Assembly (NCBI RefSeq): GCF_000011805.1 | Contig: NC_006840.2 | Length of the DNA stretch: 32,000 nt | Reading direction: 5' to 3' (one strand) | Source of the DNA: Aliivibrio fischeri ES114 | GTDB lineage: Bacteria; Pseudomonadota; Gammaproteobacteria; Enterobacterales; Vibrionaceae | Shown: in pieces, positions 18,002 through 26,872 of the stretch | Numbering within the stretch: position 1 is the stretch's first letter | How the letters are laid out: every line of letters starts with the position of its first letter | Notes under the pieces: model-generated | Told to the model about the DNA's origin: nothing | What the model saw: only the letters and a program-made list of their open reading frames with translations | Databases searched by the model: none | Made by a program: the position numbers and the translations under genes

Positions 18002-20278
18002 TTAATGGGGGCTTACCTGATTAAGACGTTGGTTTAATGAATTAATCATATTCGCAGGGGCGTATTTCTGTAGTTCATTAATACATGCTTTTGCTTTATT
18101 TGACTGATATTTCAATAACATGTCACATTGTGCAAATAAGTGCTGAGGGTTACCACTAATACCAAATGCACGCCCTAATGCATCGGCCGCTTGCTTACCA
18201 TTAAAGGATTCCATTGATAACCCATAAACATACCAATATTGTGCATTTTGTTTTTCTATCTGAGTTGCTTGTTTAAATCGATCTGCTGCTTCCGCTTTTT
18301 GATTCAAACGTAAAAGTGATAATCCTGCACTATAACGAAGTGCTCCTGAGTTAGGTTGCGCTTTAATGCCCTTTCTTAATATCTCGTATCCCTTATTTTC
18401 ATTACCTTGAGAGCGATATAAATCAGCAAGATTGACGTAACTATTCACAAAATACGGTTCTATCTCGATTGCGCCTAAATAAGCTTCTTCTGCTTTAACT
18501 AGCTCTCCCTGAGCACGGTACACATTACCTAAATTTGTTCGACCAAAGCCCCTGTCTGAATTAAATTTTTGAATCTCGATGTATTCATCTAGTACCGGTG
18601 CCAACTGCTCTCTTTGTAATGGATTCAATTCAGGCCAATAAGCAGCTAAAGCGCCTGCTGTCTCCGTCCTAATCGCTAATACAGGATCGGTTAATAAAGG
18701 AGAAATAATTTGCCAGCGATCAAATGCCTCATAGCCAGCAGAACCTTGAATGGCTCCTAACCTTATTAGCTCATCATTATTTTTAACCGCTCGTCCTAAA
18801 GCCACTAAGGTATTTTTACTCGGGAAAGCGCTTAGTCTCTGTAATGCAGAGCCTCTGATTATTCCTGCTTGTTTCGCATCTTGAGCGGTATAAGACAGTG
18901 CATCACCGGCTCCTCGATACTGAATATCTGATGCATAGAATGCCACGGCAAAGTGTTGTTGGTTTCTATACGGAGAATCAGGAAACCATTGTCCAACTTG
19001 CTCGTCAGCCCAAACATCATCTTTATCGTCATGACATTGGGTACAAACGTTCGGAGTACCAATGTTCTTACTAAGATCTAGTCTTGGTATTTGCCAGCTG
19101 TGATCACGCCTTGCATCAACTCCCATATAAACCGTTTCAGGCATATGGCACGTCGTACATTGAGAGGCTTCCGTATTAGCTAAATGAAAAGTGTGTTTCT
19201 CTGGTGTGTATTCTGATGCAATATGACATTGACTGCATATTGCTTCTTCTGGAATGCTTAATTTTGTCGTGTGTGGGTCATGACAATTTGTACATGTCAC
19301 CCCTTTTTTGGCCATTTTTGACTGCATAAATGAACCATAAACATAATCTTCATCATAAATTTGACCATCATTATGATAAAGCTCTGGAGTAATTAGACTT
19401 GGAAGGTAGCTATCCAGTAATGAACGCTCCTCGAGATCACCTTTTGTATGCGCTTGCGCCTCATTTAATTGAGTTCTACGACTATGGCACTGAGCACATA
19501 CAGTAATTTGATCCGTTTTGCGAATGGCTTTTGGTTGAAGAATGGATGAACCTTGTTTAAATACCCACTCTTTTACTGATTTGCTCAGATCACGATCAAA
19601 GCCATAATGAAGTCCAGTAGAACCCTCTTGCTTTTTACTCCATTTAATATGCTCACTAGCAGGGCCATGACACGCTTCACAACTGACATTTATTTCTGAC
19701 CATGAAGTCTCATAACTATTTTTCTCTGAATCGTAATTTTTTTGTACATTGGTTGAGTGGCAATCCGCGCACATGAAATTCCAATTTTGTCCTGTATTAG
19801 TCCAATAAAATTCGTCGGTTTTTTCCATATCAGGGTATAAATGATACCAACGTTGGCCACCCTGACTTTTGTGTCTTGAATCCCAAGCAAATGGAATTAA
19901 TTGAATTCGCCCATCGTCAAATTCAACCATGTACTGTTGTAGCGGTTCGAACCCAAATGTATAACTTATTTTATAATCATGAAATTGACCATCAGGCCCT
20001 TCAATATTGACCCAATACTCTTTGCCTTTTTTGAAAAATCGGTTAGTTTTACCTTCAAACTCAAAAGTAGCATCATCAAAATTGCCCAATACACTACTTT
20101 TATCCGCATGCTTCATCGCCATGTCATGATCCGATCCCTGCCAAGCATCAACGGCTTCTTTATGACAATCAATACAAGATTCGCTACCAATAAAATCAGC
20201 AGAAAATACAGTTGGTGAAAACAACATAATATTCACCCACATTACCAAAAATACGTAGGTAAGTTTTTTCTTAGTCAT
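18002..20278 (-). CDS. Exported octaheme c-type cytochrome with C-terminal HEAT/TPR-like domain
   Basis: Signal peptide MTKKKLTYVFLVMWVNIMLFSPTVFSAD. Eight CxxCH motifs: CIDCH, CADCH, CEACH, CAQCH, CTNCH, CSQCH, CTTCH, CTQCH. C-terminal TPRs (AEEAYLGAIEIEPYFVNSYVNLADLYRSQG). Confidence 0.92.
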   Translation of the reverse strand: MTKKKLTYVFLVMWVNIMLFSPTVFSADFIGSESCIDCHKEAVDAWQGSDHDMAMKHADKSSVLGNFDDATFEFEGKTNRFFKKGKEYWVNIEGPDGQFHDYKISYTFGFEPLQQYMVEFDDGRIQLIPFAWDSRHKSQGGQRWYHLYPDMEKTDEFYWTNTGQNWNFMCADCHSTNVQKNYDSEKNSYETSWSEINVSCEACHGPASEHIKWSKKQEGSTGLHYGFDRDLSKSVKEWVFKQGSSILQPKAIRKTDQITVCAQCHSRRTQLNEAQAHTKGDLEERSLLDSYLPSLITPELYHNDGQIYDEDYVYGSFMQSKMAKKGVTCTNCHDPHTTKLSIPEEAICSQCHIASEYTPEKHTFHLANTEASQCTTCHMPETVYMGVDARRDHSWQIPRLDLSKNIGTPNVCTQCHDDKDDVWADEQVGQWFPDSPYRNQQHFAVAFYASDIQYRGAGDALSYTAQDAKQAGIIRGSALQRLSAFPSKNTLVALGRAVKNNDELIRLGAIQGSAGYEAFDRWQIISPLLTDPVLAIRTETAGALAAYWPELNPLQREQLAPVLDEYIEIQKFNSDRGFGRTNLGNVYRAQGELVKAEEAYLGAIEIEPYFVNSYVNLADLYRSQGNENKGYEILRKGIKAQPNSGALRYSAGLSLLRLNQKAEAADRFKQATQIEKQNAQYWYVYGLSMESFNGKQAADALGRAFGISGNPQHLFAQCDMLLKYQSNKAKACINELQKYAPANMINSLNQRLNQVSPH

Positions 20279-20427
20279 ATATATCCTTATACATCTTGAC
20301 CATAATTCTGATTTCAAAAGTAAACAAATAGCGATAAGTTAGATATAGTTCACTTGTTGTAAACTTTCCATTTAACTCATTGATTTTGCGTGTTCCCTCT
20401 TAATTTCTATTGCAATGCTTTTATATA

Positions 20428-20455
20428 AAAAGGGGCTCCGAAGAGCCCTCTTAAT
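20428..20455 (-). terminator. Rho-independent terminator for the minus-strand sulfatase
   Basis: On the minus strand: GAGGGCTC ttcg GAGCCCCTTTTT (stem GGGCTC/GAGCCC, UUCG loop). Confidence 0.8.
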
Positions 20456-20478
20456 TAGAACTGTCATGATAAATTAAG

Positions 20479-22026
20479 TTACTTACTATGAGGCTGTTGA
20501 AGTTTTTCCATTACCTGATCAAGACTGAAGCTTGCCGCTTTTTGACGAGGTGGGAATTCTTCAAATGTTTCTAAGTATTTTCCTACATAAGCTTGCGCTG
20601 GTACGAACATATAAGCGTGGTCTAACAACCAGTCATAATAAGTATTCGACGTTACATCAGCGACTTCATATGGGTCCATACGTAAGTTAAACAGTTTAGG
20701 CACACGTAATGTTACAAACGGTTCAGCCCAAATTTGAAGCGTGCCCTTCACACGTTGCTCCATAAATACGGCTTTCCACTTGTTATAACGAAGTGCAGCT
20801 AAATCACCATCATCCGTGAAGTAGAAAATTTCTTCACGACGGCCTTCTTTTTCTTTACCCGTTAAATAAGGTAAGAAGTTATAACCATCTAAGTGATTTT
20901 TAAAACTCTTATTACCAAGTTTTGTTCCTTTTTTCAGATCATCTTTAATATGATCATTACCAGCAGCTGCTGCAAAAGTTGGTAGCCAATCCATGTGGTG
21001 CATAATTTCATTCGATACTACACCTGGTTCAATTTTTCCTGGCCAACGCACCATTGCAGGAACACGATATGCCCCTTCCCAGTTTGTATTTTTCTCACTA
21101 CGGAACGGGGTTGTACCCGCATCCGGCCATGAGTTCATATGAGGGCCATTATCGGTAGAATAGAAAACAATGGTGTTATCTTTAATACCTAGTTTATCCA
21201 CTGTTTTTAAAAGTTCACCAACGTGGTTATCGTGCTCAACCATACCATCAGCATAGTTACTAATGCCTGTTGAACCTTGTAATTCAGGTTTTACGTGAGT
21301 TCTAAAGTGCATACGCGTGGCGTTCCACCATACAAAGAATGGCTTATCCGCTTTTACCGCTCGTCCCATAAAATCAATAGCTGCAGAAACCGTTTCATCA
21401 TCCACCGTTTCCATACGCTTACGAGTTAGAGGACCTGTATCTTCAATTTTTCCATCAGCAAAAGATTTAATTACACCACGAGGGCCAAATTTTTTGCGGA
21501 ATTCAGGATCTTTTGGATAGTCAATATTTTCAGGCTCTTCTTCAGCATTTAGGTGGTAAAGGTTACCAAAAAATTCGTCAAAGCCATGTGCTGTAGGAAG
21601 GAATTCGTCTTTATCACCAAGGTGGTTTTTACCAAATTGCCCTGTCATGTATCCCATAGGTTTAAGTACTTCAGCGATCGTTGCATCTTCAGCTTGTAGA
21701 CCGATATCTGCACCAGGTAATCCAACTTTACTTAGACCTGTACGTAGAACACTTTGTCCTGTGATAAAAGTTGATCGACCAGCGGTACATGATTGCTCAC
21801 CATAATAATCAGTAAACATCATGCCTTCTTTAGCAATACTATCGATATTTGGTGTTTTATATCCCATTAAACCAAAAGTATACGCACTGATATTAGACTG
21901 ACCGATATCATCGCCCCAAATAACCAGAATATTTGGCTTCTCTGCTGCTAATGTATACCCCGAAGCTCCCATTAACACTGCACTTAGTATTGTTAATCTA
22001 CGCTTCGTTCCTTTTTTGACTTCCAT
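20479..22026 (-). CDS. Exported arylsulfatase-family sulfatase (Cys-type, paralog A)
   Basis: NILVIWGDDIGQSNISAY metal-binding N-terminus; active-site motif QSCTAGRSTFITGQ; signal peptide. Start at MEVKKGTKRRL with SD aggagt. Confidence 0.93.
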   Translation of the reverse strand: MEVKKGTKRRLTILSAVLMGASGYTLAAEKPNILVIWGDDIGQSNISAYTFGLMGYKTPNIDSIAKEGMMFTDYYGEQSCTAGRSTFITGQSVLRTGLSKVGLPGADIGLQAEDATIAEVLKPMGYMTGQFGKNHLGDKDEFLPTAHGFDEFFGNLYHLNAEEEPENIDYPKDPEFRKKFGPRGVIKSFADGKIEDTGPLTRKRMETVDDETVSAAIDFMGRAVKADKPFFVWWNATRMHFRTHVKPELQGSTGISNYADGMVEHDNHVGELLKTVDKLGIKDNTIVFYSTDNGPHMNSWPDAGTTPFRSEKNTNWEGAYRVPAMVRWPGKIEPGVVSNEIMHHMDWLPTFAAAAGNDHIKDDLKKGTKLGNKSFKNHLDGYNFLPYLTGKEKEGRREEIFYFTDDGDLAALRYNKWKAVFMEQRVKGTLQIWAEPFVTLRVPKLFNLRMDPYEVADVTSNTYYDWLLDHAYMFVPAQAYVGKYLETFEEFPPRQKAASFSLDQVMEKLQQPHSK

Positions 22027-22130
22027 ATAAACTCCTGTTTCCATTGATAAAAAGAGCATCATTAAAGGTATAGTACATAAACCTAAAACTAACAACGGAA
22101 TATACAACAATAATTTTACTTTTTAACTAC

Positions 22131-22145
22131 ATAACCACTAGTTAT
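22131..22145. promoter_or_regulatory. Inverted repeat ATAAC-CACTA-GTTAT, candidate operator at the centre of the divergent sulfatase promoter region
   Basis: Perfect 5-bp arms; 104 bp from one sulfatase start and 105 bp from the other. Confidence 0.45.
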
Positions 22146-22250
22146 GAACTTAATAACCAATTTCAGTACATCGTTTTTTCCGTATTTGCAGGATAATGCA
22201 GATCCCTTTCCAATATTATCTAGCTGAAATCATTCCTTCAGGAGATAGCG

Positions 22251-23801
22251 ATGAACAAAATAGTAAAAAAAACCGCCATTGCAACAGGCCTTGCTTTATC
22301 AGGGATCCAAGTAGCTTATGCTGCTGCTCAACCGAATATCCTTGTCATTTTTGGTGATGATATTGGTTATGGAAACATCTCTGCTTATAACCAAGGTATG
22401 CTCGGCTACCAAACGCCAAATATCGATAGCATTGCAAATGATGGGGCTCTCTTTACGTCTTATTACGGTCAACAATCTTGTACCGCTGGTCGCTCAGCTT
22501 TCATCACTGGTCAAATGCCCGTCCGTACAGGTCTAACTAAAGTTGGATTACCAGGAGCAAAACAGGGTTTACAAGCACAAGACATCACTCTTGCTCAAAC
22601 TTTAAAAGACCAAGGTTACGTTACTGGTCAATTTGGTAAAAACCACCTTGGTGACCGCGATGACATGCTGCCAACCAACCATGGTTTTGATGAATTTTTT
22701 GGTAACCTTTACCACCTAAATGCAGAAGAAGAACCAGAAAATGCAGACTACCCTAAAGACCCAACCTTCCGTAAAAACTTTGGGCCTCGTGGCGTTATTC
22801 ATTCATACGCAGATGGAAAAATTGAAGATACAGGTCCTCTAACTCGTAAACGCATGGAAACGGTTGATGAAGAAACGATGGATGCGGCGATGGACTTTAT
22901 GACCAGAGCAGTAAAAGCAGACAAACCTTTCTTCACTTGGTACAACGCAACTCGAATGCATATCAAAACTCACGTCAAAGCCGAGAATTCAGGAAAAACC
23001 GGACTTGGTGATTATGCAGATGGTATGGTTGAACATGACAACATTGTTGGAGACCTACTTGATAAAGTCGATGATCTAGGCATCAGTGATAACACTGTCA
23101 TCATTTACACAACCGATAACGGTCCAATGAATGCGACATGGCCTGATGCGGCCTTCAGTCCATTCCGTGGTGAGAAAAATACAGGTTGGGAAGGCGGTTT
23201 CCGTGTACCTGCAGTCATTAAATGGCCTGGACACATCAAACCTGGCACAAAACTTAATGGCATGTTTGCTGGTGAAGACTGGCTACCAACACTAACAGCA
23301 ATCGCTGGTAATAAAGACATTAAGCAAGAGCTACTTAAAGGCTACAAAGCGGATAATGGCAAAACGTATAAAAACCATCTAGACGGTTATAACCAAGTTA
23401 ACTACCTAACAGGTAAATCAAAAGAAAGTGCTCGCCAAGAGTTCTTCTACTGGTCTGATGATGGTGAATTACTGGCTATGCGTGATGGTCGCTGGAAAAT
23501 GCACTTCAAGATCCAAGAAAACCAAGGTTGGAAAGTATGGACTCGTGAATTTACAAATCTACGTATTCCTATGATTTTCGATCTACAAGTAGATCCATAC
23601 GAAAAAGCAGATCAAGGATTTGGATATGATTCATGGGTTTTTGATCATGTATTTTTGCTAGTCCCTACTCAAGCAAAAGTAGCAAAAATGATTGAAAGCT
23701 TTAAAGAGTTCCCACCACGTCAAGAAATTCCAAGCTTCTCTGTCGACAAAGTAATGGAACAGATGAAAAACATGGAAAAAGTAGCTAACGCTAGTAAATA
23801 A
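22251..23801 (+). CDS. Exported arylsulfatase-family sulfatase (Cys-type, paralog B)
   Basis: NILVIFGDDIGYGNISAYNQG; active-site motif QQSCTAGRSAFITGQ; signal peptide MNKIVKKTAIATGLALSGIQVAYAA. Confidence 0.94.
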   Translation: MNKIVKKTAIATGLALSGIQVAYAAAQPNILVIFGDDIGYGNISAYNQGMLGYQTPNIDSIANDGALFTSYYGQQSCTAGRSAFITGQMPVRTGLTKVGLPGAKQGLQAQDITLAQTLKDQGYVTGQFGKNHLGDRDDMLPTNHGFDEFFGNLYHLNAEEEPENADYPKDPTFRKNFGPRGVIHSYADGKIEDTGPLTRKRMETVDEETMDAAMDFMTRAVKADKPFFTWYNATRMHIKTHVKAENSGKTGLGDYADGMVEHDNIVGDLLDKVDDLGISDNTVIIYTTDNGPMNATWPDAAFSPFRGEKNTGWEGGFRVPAVIKWPGHIKPGTKLNGMFAGEDWLPTLTAIAGNKDIKQELLKGYKADNGKTYKNHLDGYNQVNYLTGKSKESARQEFFYWSDDGELLAMRDGRWKMHFKIQENQGWKVWTREFTNLRIPMIFDLQVDPYEKADQGFGYDSWVFDHVFLLVPTQAKVAKMIESFKEFPPRQEIPSFSVDKVMEQMKNMEKVANASK

Positions 23802-23814
23802 CATGAATAAGATT

Positions 23815-23838
23815 TAGGGCTCATATGGGCCCTATTTT
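23815..23838 (+). terminator. Probable Rho-independent terminator
   Basis: TAGGGC tcatatgg GCCCTAtttt directly after sulfatase B. Confidence 0.6.
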
Positions 23839-23869
23839 GCTATTTATAAGATACATAAAGGTGAAACCC

Positions 23870-24775
23870 ATGCAGACAAATGCAGACTTTACATTTGATG
23901 AGTTCAGTGAAAAATTATGGTCAATATTTCATGGACAAGCATTGATCACAAAATTTAGTTTTCCATTAAATGACGCCTGTTTCACGTTTAAATCTCTAAA
24001 ACGAAATAATGTAAATTTTTACCTATTTGAAAGCCCTGATCCATTATCTTTATTCAGTTTTCACCTTCCTTCTACATCACAGCCAAAAACATTGTTATTA
24101 CTCGATGTAGATAATGCTGGAATGCTTTTCAATGGAATTCTATGTGAGGAGCATCAATTTGCGTTAATTTCAGAAAAAAGCCAGCAACCATTTTGTTTAC
24201 AAATACCAGCTCACAGCCCTATTTTAGTATGTGATATCAATACCGATAACAAACAGTTTCATCAACTTTGCGGTAGTTTAGTACCTGTTGGGATTGATAT
24301 AAAATACGCAGAAGAATTAAAAATTGCCGTTCGTAATGCAAATAATATGTTTCCAAATAATCATTCCAATGTAGGTGCAACCTTATTGATGCATATTGTT
24401 GAGCTTTTATCTTTACATCCAATTCCAATGCGTCGCCAAGCATTAATGGGAAGAAGTCGTTTACCAAGACGCAATTTTATTCCTAAATGCATTGATTATA
24501 TGATGGAGATGTCCTCAACTGAGGCAATTAAACAACTCTCCAAAGAACGAAATATTTCAGAAAAAACCATTAGAAATGCATTTAAAGAAACAACAGGGTT
24601 CACCCCTAAAGAGTTTGAACAAATCAGTAAACTTTTTGCATTTCGTCGGGCCTTAAAGCAACCAGATATTAAAACTGTTTTTGAAGCAGCTATTGCGAGT
24701 GATGTGTATCGCTGGTCTCGTTATGCTAGTCGTTATTTTAAGATTTTTAATGAGTTACCAATTCAAACTCTTTGA
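23870..24775 (+). CDS. AraC-type transcriptional regulator
   Basis: C-terminal HTH: AIKQLSKERNISEKTIRNAFKETTGFTPKEFEQISKLFAFRRALKQ. Start placed at MQTNADFTFDEF because the track start lies inside a terminator hairpin. Confidence 0.85.
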   Translation: MQTNADFTFDEFSEKLWSIFHGQALITKFSFPLNDACFTFKSLKRNNVNFYLFESPDPLSLFSFHLPSTSQPKTLLLLDVDNAGMLFNGILCEEHQFALISEKSQQPFCLQIPAHSPILVCDINTDNKQFHQLCGSLVPVGIDIKYAEELKIAVRNANNMFPNNHSNVGATLLMHIVELLSLHPIPMRRQALMGRSRLPRRNFIPKCIDYMMEMSSTEAIKQLSKERNISEKTIRNAFKETTGFTPKEFEQISKLFAFRRALKQPDIKTVFEAAIASDVYRWSRYASRYFKIFNELPIQTL

Positions 24776-24955
24776 GAAAGCTCTCAATTCACCTGAGTCA
24801 CAAGCGTGAACAAATAAAGCAAAATACCTATAGATTCAATAAGATAAATAACAAGATAACTTTTGGTTATAAAGTCTATAAAGCGACGATTTAAAAATAT
24901 TTATTTATGATCTCCGCGAATTAAACACGACTATAACTATTATTTGGAGTTATTT

Positions 24956-26527
24956 ATGGGTAATCATTTAAGTAAGATTGCTGTTGGAGTTGGTCTGCTT
25001 GCAACCTCTAGTGCAGCAATGGCAGCAGCGCAACCTAACATACTTGCTATTTTTGGTGATGATGTTGGTTATTGGAACATTAGCGCCTACAACCAAGGAA
25101 TGATGGGTTATAAAACACCTAACATCGATCGTATCGCGAATGAAGGTGCATTGTTCACTGATCACTATGGCCAACAATCTTGTACTGCTGGACGTGCTGC
25201 TTTCATTACAGGTCAAGAACCTTTCCGTACGGGTCTATTAACCATTGGCATGCCAGGTTCTGATCATGGTATTCCTGATTGGGCTCCAACCATTGCCGAT
25301 CTTCTTAAAGATCAAGGCTACATGACGGCACAATTTGGTAAAAACCACCTTGGTGACCAAGATAAACATCTTCCAACCAATCACGGTTTTGACGAATTCT
25401 TCGGTAACCTTTACCACCTAAATGCCGAAGAAGAGCCAGAAACTTACTACTACCCTAAAGATCCTGAGTTCCGTAAAAATTATGGTCCACGTGGTGTAAT
25501 TAAATCTTATGCTGATGGTAAGATTGAAGATACCGGCCCAATGACTCGTAAGCGTATGGAGCACGCAGATGAAGAGTTCTTAGATTCTTCATTAGCATTT
25601 ATGGAAAAAGCGGTAAAAGCGGATAAACCTTTCTTTATCTGGCACAACACAACTCGCATGCACGTTTGGACTCGTCTACAAGAAAAATACCAAGGTAAAT
25701 CAGGCGTAAGTATTTATGCTGATGGTATGCTTGAGCACGATGACCAAGTTGGTATCCTACTTGATAAACTGGATGAGCTTGGTGTAGCAGATAACACGAT
25801 CGTTATTTATTCAACCGATAACGGTGCAGAAACAGTAACATGGCCTGACGGCGGTGCTACACCATTCTATGGTGAAAAAGGCACAACATGGGAAGGTGGT
25901 ATGCGTGTACCACAACTTGTTCGTTGGCCGGGAACTATTAAACCTGGAACAAAAATCAATGAAATGATGGCGCACCAAGATTGGCTTCCAACTTTACTTG
26001 ATGCTGCTGGTGTTCCAAACGTAAAAGAAAAACTTGCTAAAGGCTATAAAGCCAACGGTAAAGAGTTCAAAGTTCATATCGATGGTTACGATTTCAAACC
26101 ATTCTTTGAAGGAAAAGTAGATAAAGGTCCTCGTGAATCACTGCTTTACTTCACTGCAAATGGTGAGTTGAATGCCGTTCGCTGGCAAGATTGGAAACTG
26201 AACTTCGCAATAATGGAAGGTAATATTTCTGATGCAGTTCGTTTGTCACCAAACTGGCCTCAAATCATCCACCTACGTGCGGACCCATTTGAAAAAGCAC
26301 CGCATGAATCAGGCATGTACTTACGTTGGATGGCAGATAACATGTGGTTATTCGTACCAATGCAAGACGTATTAGCTGAGTTCTTTAATACTCTACCTGA
26401 TTACCCAATGCAAATGAGTACTCAAATGAACCCTGCAGCTATCAGTGCACAATCACTTGGCTTAAAAGCGAAAATGCAACAGCTAGATAAGCTTCAAGCT
26501 CAAATGAATAAACTAAATGCTAAATAG
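24956..26527 (+). CDS. Exported arylsulfatase-family sulfatase (Cys-type, paralog C)
   Basis: NILAIFGDDVGYWNISAYNQG; active-site motif QQSCTAGRAAFITGQ; signal peptide MGNHLSKIAVGVGLLATSSAAMAA. Confidence 0.94.
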   Translation: MGNHLSKIAVGVGLLATSSAAMAAAQPNILAIFGDDVGYWNISAYNQGMMGYKTPNIDRIANEGALFTDHYGQQSCTAGRAAFITGQEPFRTGLLTIGMPGSDHGIPDWAPTIADLLKDQGYMTAQFGKNHLGDQDKHLPTNHGFDEFFGNLYHLNAEEEPETYYYPKDPEFRKNYGPRGVIKSYADGKIEDTGPMTRKRMEHADEEFLDSSLAFMEKAVKADKPFFIWHNTTRMHVWTRLQEKYQGKSGVSIYADGMLEHDDQVGILLDKLDELGVADNTIVIYSTDNGAETVTWPDGGATPFYGEKGTTWEGGMRVPQLVRWPGTIKPGTKINEMMAHQDWLPTLLDAAGVPNVKEKLAKGYKANGKEFKVHIDGYDFKPFFEGKVDKGPRESLLYFTANGELNAVRWQDWKLNFAIMEGNISDAVRLSPNWPQIIHLRADPFEKAPHESGMYLRWMADNMWLFVPMQDVLAEFFNTLPDYPMQMSTQMNPAAISAQSLGLKAKMQQLDKLQAQMNKLNAK

Positions 26528-26541
26528 TAATATCTAAAACT

Positions 26542-26580
26542 AAAACGCCCCGAGTGAATATTCACTCGGGGCGTTTTTTT
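26542..26580. terminator. Strong Rho-independent terminator, bidirectional
   Basis: aaaaCGCCCCGAGTGAA tattcactcggggcgttttttt: long perfect stem between convergent genes. Confidence 0.9.
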
Positions 26581-26589
26581 ATCTGGAAT

Positions 26590-26865
26590 CTAGCGACGCT
26601 GACAAGTTGTGCAACCACGACACGCCGAACGTGTATGTGGGTCTAGCCGCCCTCTTTGTATTTTACAATACGCATTTTTGAGTGCTCGGCGAGCTGAAAA
26701 CCAGTCGTCAGGTTTTGCTAAAATCAAGTTGCCATTAAAACGTTTCATTAATGGCACTCGATATTCATTAATAAACTTGCTATCGAACTCAATCTCAAAA
26801 TGCTCAAGTGCTTGTTCAATCGAAGTGAAATTCGCAATCACTTGTTGGATAGTAGATTGGTTCAT
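26590..26865 (-). CDS. Small conserved protein, possibly NifW-like
   Basis: 91 aa; FEIEFDSKFINEYRVPLMKRFNGNLI resembles the NifW N-terminal pattern. C-terminal Cys cluster CRGCTTCQRR. Family call tentative. Confidence 0.5.
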   Translation of the reverse strand: MNQSTIQQVIANFTSIEQALEHFEIEFDSKFINEYRVPLMKRFNGNLILAKPDDWFSARRALKNAYCKIQRGRLDPHTRSACRGCTTCQRR

Positions 26866-26872
26866 CGTTTTA

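Noticed and set aside
24933-24941. ATAACTATT half site upstream of sulfatase C as a third copy of the ATAAC-N5-GTTAT operator
   Set aside because: The second arm is absent at the right spacing and the site overlaps the ribosome-binding region, so it is treated as incidental.
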